Shown: piece after piece, positions 25,211 to 33,523 of the stretch
Position numbering within the stretch: the first letter of the stretch is position 1
Layout of the letters: each line of letters opens with the position of its first letter
Source of the DNA: Dehalococcoidia bacterium
GTDB lineage: Bacteria > Chloroflexota > Dehalococcoidia > Lucifugimonadales > UBA3495
Direction of reading: 5' to 3'
NCBI GenBank assembly: GCA_965216025.1
Contig: CBDCEX010000017.1
Coordinates: 455,189 to 519,188 of the forward strand
Length of the DNA: 64,000 nucleotides
The notes under the pieces: model-generated
The model's input: only the letters and a program-made list of their open reading frames with translations
The model's database searches: none
What the model was told of the DNA's origin: nothing
Position numbers and translations under genes: made by a program

Positions 25211-26694
25211 CTTAGCTCGACTTTGTACAAAACTGGGCTGAAGAAAGGAATGAGCGAGGGTTATTAGGCAGGGTAAGCTCCCTTGACCAAACCACCACGA
25301 GAGGTCAAGAGAGTGCTTACTCGCCCGGTGTCGATTATAAGGTTACTGGAGCCCTTTGGCACAATCTTTCAGGCCAAAACTTGGGAGAAAGCCCAGTTGC
25401 TGCTGGTCGGTGCTATCCTCTCCCCAGGCAAGCGTACCGTGACCTCGGCCCTGCGGGTCATGGGACTGAGCCGGGACGGGAATTTTGCTCGTTATCACCA
25501 TGTCCTCAATCGGGCCAGGTGGTCATCATTGCAATTGAGCCGGACCTTGCTTTTTCTGCTGCTGCGCCACCTGGACTCTGGAATTGGGCCGCTGGTGTTT
25601 GGGATTGACGAGACCATAGAACGCCGCCGGGGGAAGCGGATTTCGGCCAAAGGCATTTACCGAGATGGGGTCCGTTCCAGCCAGGGCCATTTCGTAAAAG
25701 CCAGCGGGTTGCGCTGGGTTAGTTTGATGTGGTTGGCCCCCATTCCTTGGGCCGGCCGGGTCTGGGCCTTGCCTTTCCTGACGGTGTTGGCACCTTCGGA
25801 GCGGTTTCACCGGGAACGGGGGCAGCGGCACAAAAAGCTCACCGATTGGGCCCGCCAGATGATTCTGCAACTCCGGCGCTGGTTGCCCCGGCGACCCCTG
25901 GTACTGGTAGCCGACAGCAGCTACGCCGTTCTGGACTTGCTGCACTTTTGCCAATTTATGGCCTCTCCTGTGACTTTCATCACCCGGCTGCGTCTGGATG
26001 CCGCTCTATACGAACCGGTTCCGCCTCGCTCCCCTGGCCAGTTAGGGCGTCCCCGGCTCAAGGGTAAGCGGCTGCCTACCCTAAAAGACCGCCTTGGCCA
26101 CCCAACAACCCTTTGGAATACCGTAACGGTCGACTGGTATGACAATACCCACCGCTTGCTGGAAATCGCCTCCCACAGCGCAGTCTGGTATCATCAGGGT
26201 AAATCGCCAGTACCTATTCGGTGGGTCTTGATTCGTGACCCCTTGGGTGAGTTCCGGCCCCAAGCGTTATTGTGTACCGACCTCAACGTGGCGCCCACCC
26301 AAATCATCCAATGGTTTGTGTTGCGCTGGCAGCTGGAAGTGACCTTCCAAGAAGTACGCGCTCACCTGGGAGTCGAAACCCAGCGCCAGTGGTCTGACCG
26401 GGCCATCGCCCGGACCACGCCAGTCCTCTTCGGTCTTTTCTCCTGGGTGACCCTGGCAGCGCATTTGCTGGAGGGAAACCAGGGATTTCCGCTGCGCTCG
26501 GCCGCCTGGTATGCCAAAAGGTTGCCCACCTTCTCCGACGCCATCGCCCTGGTTCGTCATCAGCTGGGGCCTGTTTCTGAGACTTTTTGCATGTCCCCTA
26601 CAAAACCAGACATCCGGAAAGTGTCTCGACCTATGTTTGAACGAATCTTAGATTCCCTTTGTTATGCCGCTTGAATGTACAAAGTCGAGCTAAG
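25211..26694 (+). mobile_element. IS4/IS701-superfamily insertion sequence
   Basis: Perfect 19-bp terminal IRs CTTAGCTCGACTTTGTACA (25211-25229) and TGTACAAAGTCGAGCTAAG (26676-26694) enclose one transposase ORF. Confidence 0.85.
25283..26674 (+). CDS. DDE transposase (IS4/IS701-like)
   Basis: 463-aa ORF with LVFGIDETIERRRGKRI, LVLVADSSYAV and WQLEVTFQEVRAHLGVE segments typical of this superfamily. Confidence 0.8.
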   Translation: MTKPPREVKRVLTRPVSIIRLLEPFGTIFQAKTWEKAQLLLVGAILSPGKRTVTSALRVMGLSRDGNFARYHHVLNRARWSSLQLSRTLLFLLLRHLDSGIGPLVFGIDETIERRRGKRISAKGIYRDGVRSSQGHFVKASGLRWVSLMWLAPIPWAGRVWALPFLTVLAPSERFHRERGQRHKKLTDWARQMILQLRRWLPRRPLVLVADSSYAVLDLLHFCQFMASPVTFITRLRLDAALYEPVPPRSPGQLGRPRLKGKRLPTLKDRLGHPTTLWNTVTVDWYDNTHRLLEIASHSAVWYHQGKSPVPIRWVLIRDPLGEFRPQALLCTDLNVAPTQIIQWFVLRWQLEVTFQEVRAHLGVETQRQWSDRAIARTTPVLFGLFSWVTLAAHLLEGNQGFPLRSAAWYAKRLPTFSDAIALVRHQLGPVSETFCMSPTKPDIRKVSRPMFERILDSLCYAA

Positions 26695-26863
26695 TAGTCG
26701 TGCCGGTTGGGGTACGGCTGTTGTTGTCCAGCGATTTTGCCCCTATAAATGAAAAGCGAAAATGTCCTCCGGGTCCCTAAGTAGTCGTGCCGGTTGGGGT
26801 ACGGCTGTTGTTGTCCAGCGATTTTGCCCCTATAAATGAAAAGCGAAAATGTCCTCCGGGTTA
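26690..26863. repeat. 87-bp tandem duplication (2 copies) abutting the IS right end
   Basis: The unit CTAAGTAGTCGTGCCGGTTGGGGTACGG...GAAAATGTCCTCCGGGT occurs at 26690-26776 and 26777-26863. Its first 5 nt are the last 5 nt of the IS IR. Confidence 0.9.
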
Positions 26864-26865
26864 GT

Positions 26866-27110
26866 TGGCGACCGTCGCGGATTGTTTTGATGCCTCTGTC
26901 CGGGCCCGCTCCTTGTCGCTGAGGCACTTGGTGGGCGGGCGATGCCCAACTTTCGAGCGATGGCCAGCTCCGAAAACCCCTGCAGCTTCGCTTTCTGTAT
27001 CGCGTTCCCTCGATTACGCTGTGTCGGTGTCGGCGTCCGAGGCCACCAAACCCGAGCTTTCGCACCCTCATCGGCGTCGCTGAGCGCGGCTTCGCCGCCA
27101 GTCATCGGCT
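26866..27110 (-). pseudogene. Possible serine-recombinase (resolvase) C-terminal HTH remnant
   Basis: EGAKARVWWPRTPTPTQRNRGNAIQKAKLQGFSELAIARKLGIARP resembles the AKARG..GRP...HTH tail of resolvases. The upstream catalytic part is not readable in one frame. Confidence 0.3.
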
Positions 27111-27411
27111 CCAGAGCTACCGCCTCGCCATTTGAGTCTGCGCCAGATGGTGGTTCCCCAGTCCGTTGACGATGCGGTTGACTTCGGAGCCTGGAGAGGC
27201 CCGCAGCAGGTTCGGGCGCCGACGGTGCCGGCCGGCGGGAATAGCCTGTCCCTGGTACTGCACCTCTATCTGGCGTCGGGCCGTTCCAGTACTTCCACCC
27301 GCACTCCCGCATAGCTGGGACGGTCTTCGCCCGGCAGCAGTTGCACCGTCCGCCACTGGCACTTCACCGTATTGTCCCGAGCCATCTTGCGGGAATGCTC
27401 GAAGCAGAGGT

Positions 27412-28839
27412 AACTGTTCAGACTTGATGAGGTGAATTGGCTCAAAGCCGTTGGAAAAACGCTGGCATGGCCGGGGGAGTTGTGGCATACCAGGGAGGTG
27501 GACACTGAACTAGACCTGAACGCGGCGAGTCGCGAAACTCTGCTGGAGATAATTGCCGGCCAGCGGGCAGTCATTGCCGATTTGCAAAGGCGGATTGGGG
27601 TTCTGGAATCCCGTCCCAACCGGCGCGGGTCGTCGGGGATGCCGGGTAATCAGCCGCACTCCAGCCGGCAAGCGCCGGAGAAAAAGGAGCCCAGAAAGCC
27701 GCGCCGCCATGGCTTCGCCCGCCAGCGCATGACTCCTACCCGGCGGGTGGAGCATGCCGTGGCGGTCTGTCCCGACTGCGGGACTCACCTGAACGGCGGA
27801 TGGGTACAGCGAACTCGGGAAGTCATTGAGCTACCGGTGGCTCCGGTAGAAGTGACCGAGCACGCCCTGGTAGCCCGCATCTGTCCGGTATGCCAGCGGC
27901 GCCGGCTGCCCAAAGAGGCCCTGCAGGGGGTGGTTCTGGGCCAGCAGCGCCTGGGGGTCAATCTGGTAAGCCTGATGGTGACCCTGCGGGAGGAGGGACG
28001 GTTGCCCATAAGAATCATCCAATGGTACCTGGAGACCGTCCATCAGTTGCACCTGAGTGTTGGTGCCATCGTCCAGGCCGTCCATGGAGTAGCCCGTCAG
28101 GCTGAGACGGCGGTGCGAGAGGTGCTCGAGCAAGTCCGCGCCAGTCCCGTGGTGCAGGGCGACGAAACCGGCTGGCGCCAGGACGGGAGCAACGGCTATG
28201 TTTGGACCTTCAGCACTCCCAGCGAACAATACTTCCTGCGTCGGGGTCGGGATAAGGGGGTGGTGGATGAGGTGCTGGATTCCTCCTTCAGCGGAGTGTT
28301 GGTCAGTGATTTCTACGCCGCCTATAACCACTACCCGGGCCTGAAGCAACGGTGCTGGGCTCATCTGCTGCGGGATATCCATGACCTGAAAGGGTTGTAC
28401 CCAGAAGACGCTGGGCTGGCTCAGTGGGCCGAGGCGGTTCACCAGGTCTACACGGAGGCCAAGGCCGCGGTCCTTCCCCGAGCCCAGCCAGGCCATCGCA
28501 CCCAGCTAATGCTGGAGGAGAAACTAATGGTCTTGGCACGGCCTTTCCTTAAAGATCCCCTGGCGGTTCAGGCCAAGCTCTGCCGGCGCATGGAACGGTT
28601 CATCAAGGAACTGTTTGTCTTCGTGTCGGACCCAGCCGTGCCCTCAGACAACAACGCCGCCGAGCGGAGCCTGCGGCATCTGGTAACCAGTCGCAAGATC
28701 AGCGGCGGCACCCGCTCAGGGCAGGGCACCGACAGCAAGATGACCTTGGCATCCCTCTTTGGCACCTGGCGGGCCAGAGGTCTCAATCCCCTCCTGGAAT
28801 GCCGCCGGTTGCTCACTTCCCCTCAACTCTGAACAGTTT
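27412..28839 (+). mobile_element. IS66-family element (single-ORF type)
   Basis: Imperfect IRs AACTGTTCAGACTTGA (27412-27427) and TCAACTCTGAACAGTT (28824-28839), 15/16 match. Confidence 0.7.
27432..28832 (+). CDS. IS66-family transposase
   Basis: Leucine-zipper N-terminus, zinc ribbon CPDCG...CPVCQ, DETGWR, and CWAHLLRD family motifs. Confidence 0.85.
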   Translation: MNWLKAVGKTLAWPGELWHTREVDTELDLNAASRETLLEIIAGQRAVIADLQRRIGVLESRPNRRGSSGMPGNQPHSSRQAPEKKEPRKPRRHGFARQRMTPTRRVEHAVAVCPDCGTHLNGGWVQRTREVIELPVAPVEVTEHALVARICPVCQRRRLPKEALQGVVLGQQRLGVNLVSLMVTLREEGRLPIRIIQWYLETVHQLHLSVGAIVQAVHGVARQAETAVREVLEQVRASPVVQGDETGWRQDGSNGYVWTFSTPSEQYFLRRGRDKGVVDEVLDSSFSGVLVSDFYAAYNHYPGLKQRCWAHLLRDIHDLKGLYPEDAGLAQWAEAVHQVYTEAKAAVLPRAQPGHRTQLMLEEKLMVLARPFLKDPLAVQAKLCRRMERFIKELFVFVSDPAVPSDNNAAERSLRHLVTSRKISGGTRSGQGTDSKMTLASLFGTWRARGLNPLLECRRLLTSPQL

Positions 28840-29281
28840 CAAACCCGGCCCTCCAGGTCAATCAGGCGGGCATGGTGGCCTCGATTATTGGTAGTGAGGG
28901 TGTACCCCCGAAAACAGTGCTGGGGAGCGGAATAAATGAGCCCTACCGGATGATGTTGCGACCAACCCATTTTGCACCTTCTGGTTCTCGAAGACTAGAC
29001 ATCTAAATTGACACCAGCACCGCGCAGGCCCGCACTGTCAACTCCAAAGGCCTTACGCTCCCCGGCACCTCATCGGCTTCCGGAGCCTCCTGCAAGAATT
29101 CTCCCTGAGAGCCTGTGTCAAAAGCCACGATGGGCCCTGCGGCAATGCATTCGTCGCTCCGGCGAAAGCCTGAGCCCGGATGCTGCCCCTTGGTTGATAC
29201 ATAGATGACGCTGGATTCCGGCCCGCGCCGGAATGACATGGAGGAAATCATGCTATGCCCGGATATCTTTGAACAAAGTTC

Positions 29282-30220
29282 TCATTTCTGGGCCGAAGAG
29301 TTGCGGAGGTAATGTCGCTTGATTTCAGACTCGTATCGCCTGCCAAGAGAATCACCGTAGTCCTCCAGCCATTCCACCAGCCTGGTTTTTCCGGTAGGTG
29401 AGCCTTCAGCTACTAACAGTCCGCTCATAAGACCCTTTTGCTCGTCTCTGGTCAGTACCACATCTCTCAAGAGGTTACTGGCTGCTTTGGAGAGTAACAA
29501 CGCCATTTGCGGTGGAACATGAACCGGCTTGGACCGGACGCCAATCGCTTTGATGATGAGTTGAATCATAGCCTTGTAAGTAAGGATGTCCGGTCCGGCC
29601 GATTCAGCAACAACATTCTCCTTGCCCTTACCCGCGGCTACCGCCTGACTAGCCACGTCTTCAACATATACTGGTTGGACCTGGTAGTCACCCCTACCTG
29701 GAATTGGGAAGAAGGGAAATTTTCTCAGGAACCAGGCCACATTGTTGAGCAGGATGTCGCCGGACCCAAAGATCAAGGTTGGCCGTAGAATAGCGTAAGA
29801 CATACCCAACCCGCGAATTATCTCTTCAGCCAGTCCCTTGCCCCGAAAATAGGGAAGGGGTGAGTCCGGAGAAGGGTTGGAGACGCTGATGTGAACCACC
29901 CGCTCTACTCCTGCCCGCTCCGCTGCCTTGACCAGAATCCTAATGTTTTCCACAGCTTTGTCAAAGGTCAAAGGGCCGCGTGGGAACCGAATCCAGTAGG
30001 TGTTGTATAAAGTGGACGCCCCATGGAAGACCGCAGCCAGCTGGTCAAGGTTCTGGAAATCGAGCGGGAACGTCCGCACCACGTCAGCCAAAGCATCCTT
30101 ACCCGGAAGCCGGTTAGTTAGGGTGCGAACCTCCTGGTCCGAGTCTACCAGTTGCCGGGCTATGGCAGCACCGGTAAACCCAAATGCACCGGTTACCACG
30201 GCCACCCCTCGACTGCGCAT
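29282..30220 (-). CDS. NAD(P)-binding SDR/epimerase-family (NmrA/NDUFA9-like) protein
   Basis: Rossmann motif VAVVTGAFGFTGAAIARQL and a family-typical length. Confidence 0.75.
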   Translation of the reverse strand: MRSRGVAVVTGAFGFTGAAIARQLVDSDQEVRTLTNRLPGKDALADVVRTFPLDFQNLDQLAAVFHGASTLYNTYWIRFPRGPLTFDKAVENIRILVKAAERAGVERVVHISVSNPSPDSPLPYFRGKGLAEEIIRGLGMSYAILRPTLIFGSGDILLNNVAWFLRKFPFFPIPGRGDYQVQPVYVEDVASQAVAAGKGKENVVAESAGPDILTYKAMIQLIIKAIGVRSKPVHVPPQMALLLSKAASNLLRDVVLTRDEQKGLMSGLLVAEGSPTGKTRLVEWLEDYGDSLGRRYESEIKRHYLRNSSAQK

Positions 30221-30283
30221 CCAGCCCTATCCTAAATGATTAGTGACTGAGAAGATTGTGGACAAGGGCGTTGGTCATATAAG

Positions 30284-30331
30284 TGGCGCCCCAGGCAGGA
30301 TTCGAACCCGCGACCCGCTGCTTAGAAGGCA
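30284..30331 (-). tRNA. 3' fragment of a tRNA-Arg(TCT)-like gene: anticodon loop, T-arm and acceptor 3' strand + CCA. Not a complete tRNA
   Basis: The reverse complement reads TGCCTTCTAAGCAGCGGGTCGCGGGTTCGAATCCTGCCTGGGGCGCCA. The T-arm GCGGG/TTCGAAT/CCTGC and a loop with TCT are present. No matching 5' acceptor strand, D-arm or 5' anticodon-stem strand lies upstream. Confidence 0.6.
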
Positions 30332-30503
30332 TTTTGGCTAATACGAACTAGATAGTCAACAGTTTCCGTTGCAATCTTTACCACTTAGCTAATCGAGCTA
30401 GACGAATTAGGCACATATTTAAAGTCATAAGATACAGTCAGCGGCTGCCTAAAAACATCGTCTGCTCCCACCGGCCCGTCGCCTAATAGGGGGATGTGGA
30501 GAT

Positions 30504-31229
30504 CTAAAGGCCGATCCCTCCGGTCCCCTGCGGCGGGCCGGAAACAACCCCCGGCGTCAGGGCGCAGCATGAACGAAGAGCTTCACTGGCAGCCGATGGC
30601 GTCCAGGGACCTGGACCGGGAGCAACCACCGCACCTGCGGATCTCCGGCGCGGGCCGGCGCCCCCCGGGACCGCAGGCCCAAAACCGCATGGCCCTGGGT
30701 GTAAAAGGCGGCGGGATGTTGGGCCAGTGGTACACCTTGTCTCCGCCCCCGCCTGTGGGGGCAATGCCAAAAACCCGTCTAACCCGGTCCGAAGGGCCAC
30801 CAACGCCGTCCCCGGGGTGACTCCTCCGTCTCTCCAGGCGGCAGCGCCCTGGTCAGCCCCTCCAGCATCGCCTGACTCCTCCAGCAGTTCCCGGTAGCGC
30901 CATTCAGCTTCGTCCAAGAGCTTCCCTCGATAGTCCGCCAGCTCCTGGAGCGCCCTGACCTGCTCCCTTGCCGCCGCCAACTCGGCCTCCGGCGATGGAC
31001 CAGCATCGACGGGTTGGCCACCGGGTGCATCGCTGGATAGCCCAGGCGCCAGGACCCACACCTTGGCCCGGTCCCCCCGGCCCTCCCGCTCAATCTCCAA
31101 CTCCCCCCGCCGTATCATCCGGTCGAGGGTCGAGGGGGACACCCCCAGCCGCTGCGCTGCCTCCAGCTTGCTCAACCTCTGCTGCATCAGTGGCCCATCC
31201 CGATGATGAATCATGGTTGACCACAGCAT
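30504..31229 (-). CDS. Excisionase-family/MerR-like HTH DNA-binding protein
   Basis: LSKLEAAQRLGVSPSTLDRMIRRGELEIEREGRGDRAKVWVL, then a coiled-coil segment. The C-terminal third looks non-coding or shifted. Confidence 0.5.
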   Translation of the reverse strand: MLWSTMIHHRDGPLMQQRLSKLEAAQRLGVSPSTLDRMIRRGELEIEREGRGDRAKVWVLAPGLSSDAPGGQPVDAGPSPEAELAAAREQVRALQELADYRGKLLDEAEWRYRELLEESGDAGGADQGAAAWRDGGVTPGTALVALRTGLDGFLALPPQAGAETRCTTGPTSRRLLHPGPCGFGPAVPGGAGPRRRSAGAVVAPGPGPWTPSAASEALRSCCALTPGVVSGPPQGTGGIGL

Positions 31230-31400
31230 AATCCAGCAACGGGGCCGGCGCTTTTGCGCCTGCCGCGCGGATCCCTGACCCCTGTCCCCGGTATCAAATC
31301 AAAAAGGCTCAGGGAGACCCCCGCAGGCGGTCGAAAATGGGCCATTTCAGGGCCTTTGGGGGGTTGGCCCTTGGGGTGGGGGGTGTTTTTCAGCTACGGA

Positions 31401-31420
31401 GTATGTCCCTCTGATTCCGT
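31401..31420 (+). repeat. 20-nt motif, copy 1 (GTATGTCCCTCTGATTCCGT)
   Basis: One of three near-identical copies, in the same orientation. Confidence 0.8.
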
Positions 31421-31457
31421 GGGGGGTACTTAGAAAGGGATTTTCGGCTTTTTAAAG

Positions 31458-32702
31458 CTAAGGGATTGTCACGAAATAATTAGTTGAATTGAGCAGCGCA
31501 ACGCGGGGTAGCAGCGAATAATTCCATTCACCATGGAAAGAGTCTCTACGCAAATAGATGGCTTCGAGTTCGTCGTCCGATACGGTGCGCCCGGCCGGGT
31601 ATCGGTTGGTGTCCAGTTGGCTCTGAACCCGCAGCCCCGTCCGGGTCGTGGTCGCCCCGATCAAGTTCACCACCACCTCGTGGCTCACCAGCGGCTTTCC
31701 GCGCCAGTTCTGACTGATCGCGGAGAACAAGCGGTGTTCGATCTTGTTCCACTTGCTGGTCCCTGGTGGGAGGTGGCACACGTCGATTTCAAGGCCCGTC
31801 TCATCCGCCAATTTCTGCAACTCCAGCTTCCACAAGCGGAGCCGATACCCATTGCTGCCGCCCGCGTCGGCCGTTATCAGCAGCCGAGTGGCGCTCGGGT
31901 AGAGCGCCTGCCCCATGCCGCGCCACCAACGCCGGATGCTCTCGACGGCAAAAGCAGCCGTATCGTGGTCCGTCCCCACACTGACCCAGGCCTCGTTCTG
32001 GGCGATATCGTACACCCCATAAGGACTGACCCGGCCCAGATCCGGAATCAGGAAGTCATGCACCAGCACTTGCTCCGGCGCTCCCTTGGGACGCAACTCC
32101 CGCCCACCGTTCTTGAAGGGCCCCACCAGTTCCTTCTTCTTCGTGTCCACGGAGATCACCGGCTCTCCCAGGGAGAGTTGCAGTTGCACCGCCCGGTCCA
32201 AGTGCTCAAACTGGGCGTTGCGGTCCGGGTGTTCCGTCCCCGCCAGGGTCTTGCGATTGGCTTGCAAGCTATAGCCCATGTCGTGGAGCAGTTCGGCGAC
32301 CATGCGATGGCTGACTTGGTGCCCTTGGCGCTTCAATGCCACCGCCAGTTGACGCACGCTCTTGCAGGTCCAGCGCAGCGGGGACTCGGGATCCCCACGG
32401 CTGGTCGGCTCCACCAGCCGGTCCAAGTCCTCGCGCAAGCTCGGGTCATGCTCGACGGTGCGCTTCCGGCCGCCTCCAGGATGGCGGATGCGGCCCTTCG
32501 CGGCCCCTACGGCCGGCTGGCCCAACTCCCGTATGCCGCGGCGAATCGTCCCGCGAGAAGCTCCGGTGGCCCTTGCAACCGCTGCCTGGCCACCACGCCC
32601 GGCCGCCGACGCCTCAGCGGCAAGCACCAGCCGCCGCACCCGCTCGTCCACAACGGGGGCAATCGCTTGGTAACGAGCTTGAATCGCTCCTTCAACTATC
32701 AC
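31458..32702 (-). CDS. ISAzo13-family DDE transposase
   Basis: 414 aa. VISVDTKKKELVG, LITADAGGSNGYR, HLPPGTSKWNKIEHRLFS and FHGEWNY are hallmark segments of this family. Confidence 0.9.
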   Translation of the reverse strand: MIVEGAIQARYQAIAPVVDERVRRLVLAAEASAAGRGGQAAVARATGASRGTIRRGIRELGQPAVGAAKGRIRHPGGGRKRTVEHDPSLREDLDRLVEPTSRGDPESPLRWTCKSVRQLAVALKRQGHQVSHRMVAELLHDMGYSLQANRKTLAGTEHPDRNAQFEHLDRAVQLQLSLGEPVISVDTKKKELVGPFKNGGRELRPKGAPEQVLVHDFLIPDLGRVSPYGVYDIAQNEAWVSVGTDHDTAAFAVESIRRWWRGMGQALYPSATRLLITADAGGSNGYRLRLWKLELQKLADETGLEIDVCHLPPGTSKWNKIEHRLFSAISQNWRGKPLVSHEVVVNLIGATTTRTGLRVQSQLDTNRYPAGRTVSDDELEAIYLRRDSFHGEWNYSLLPRVALLNSTNYFVTIP

Positions 32703-32760
32703 CCATTAAGTATAGCTGAGCATGTAGTAAAGAACAAGTTATTTCGTGACAGTACCTAAG
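31458..32760 (-). mobile_element. ISAzo13-family insertion sequence
   Basis: 26-bp imperfect IRs CTAAGGGATTGTCACGAAATAATTAG (31458-31483) and CAAGTTATTTCGTGACAGTACCTAAG (32735-32760). Confidence 0.85.
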
Positions 32761-32780
32761 GTATGTCCCTCTGATTCCAC
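32761..32780 (+). repeat. 20-nt motif, copy 2 (GTATGTCCCTCTGATTCCAC), directly abutting the ISAzo13 right end
   Basis: 18/20 identical to copy 1. Confidence 0.8.
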
Positions 32781-32918
32781 GAGTCAAGATCGGGTGGTTC
32801 CTCGGAATTTTACAGTGGGGTCAGGTTCAAATGGGTGCAACAATTTTCCGACGGGGGACCGACCCCCCCCTACACCCCCCCTGGTTGTTACTGTAAATAG
32901 ATACGATTTCAATGGAAG

Positions 32919-32938
32919 GTATAGCCCTCTGATTCCGT
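32919..32938 (+). repeat. 20-nt motif, copy 3 (GTATAGCCCTCTGATTCCGT)
   Basis: 18/20 identical to copy 1. Confidence 0.8.
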
Positions 32939-33037
32939 AGCAGTTTTGGGCCCTGGCCGCGCCTTGACCCTGTCTCAAAAGCGGGGTTGGAGCCAGCCTC
33001 GCGTCGGGGGTTCGGCCCCCGGCGCCTTCCTGTATCG

Positions 33038-33523
33038 CTACCGCTTGACATCTTCTCCGTTGTTGATTGCGTCCATCATCGCGAGGTCTCCGGCGACCTT
33101 CCTGGCATTGTCCGTCATGCGGCCTCCATCAGCAGAACGGTGCTGGTCAGGGCGTAGACGAAGAGCGCAGCGGTGGGTGAAATCCGGCTGGAGGGGCTGG
33201 TGGCCAGGAATTCGATCAGGCAGGTAGGTGAAGAGGAGCAGCATTCCCACAGCGCCGGTCAGCAGGGTGGCGGCGTTGTGGGGCAGTTGCTCCAGGCTGG
33301 TCCCTCCCCGGCCGCGGGCTTCCGCCGACTCCCGGAGGTTCACCAGCACGTTGATGGCCATGACCGTCAGGAGCAGCGGGGTGGTGAGGTGGATGAACCT
33401 GGCTGCCTCCAGGGGATCGAACCTGGAGGGCAGCCAGTTCAGGGTGCCCAGGATGAGCGGGATGAAGGCTCCGGCGATTATGCAGGCTATGCCGAGCAGT
33501 CGCTTGCTGATGTTGACGGTCAT
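33038..33523 (-). CDS. Small multi-pass membrane protein, probably frame-disrupted near its 3' end
   Basis: Hydrophobic helices LLGIACIIAGAFIPLILG, LTTPLLLTVMAINVLV and LLTGAVGMLLLF. A further helix ISPTAALFVYALTSTVLLMEAA lies in an alternative frame. Confidence 0.4.
   Translation of the reverse strand: MTVNISKRLLGIACIIAGAFIPLILGTLNWLPSRFDPLEAARFIHLTTPLLLTVMAINVLVNLRESAEARGRGGTSLEQLPHNAATLLTGAVGMLLLFTYLPDRIPGHQPLQPDFTHRCALRLRPDQHRSADGGRMTDNARKVAGDLAMMDAINNGEDVKR

Noticed and set aside
26631-27071. 146-aa ORF with an internally repeated 29-aa peptide.
   Set aside because: The repeat is simply the translation of the 87-bp tandem DNA duplication. There is no start context or motif.
28840-28971. 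43-codon ORF on the minus strand abutting the IS66 right end (MGWSQHHPVGLIYSAPQHCFRGYTLTTNNRGHHARLIDLEGRV), which resembles the N-terminus of arylsulfotransferase-like beta-propeller proteins. I looked for its continuation left of the IS66.
   Set aside because: The sequence left of the IS (27330-27411) does not convincingly continue the protein. The similarity rests on memory of a short motif only, so I did not list it as a feature.
30332-30430. Searched for the 5' half (acceptor strand, D-arm) of the tRNA-Arg, and for a second AT-rich tRNA-like sequence (..TAGCTCGATTAGCTAAGTGG..).
   Set aside because: No strand complementary to CTGGGGC, no 5' anticodon-stem strand and no proper T-arm are present. 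Only the 3' fragment is credible.
31401-32938. The three 20-nt motifs considered as a CRISPR array.
   Set aside because: The spacing is irregular. The conserved part is only ~20 nt, and the flanks are poorly conserved. The sequence is unrelated to the I-E repeat of the cas locus in this window.
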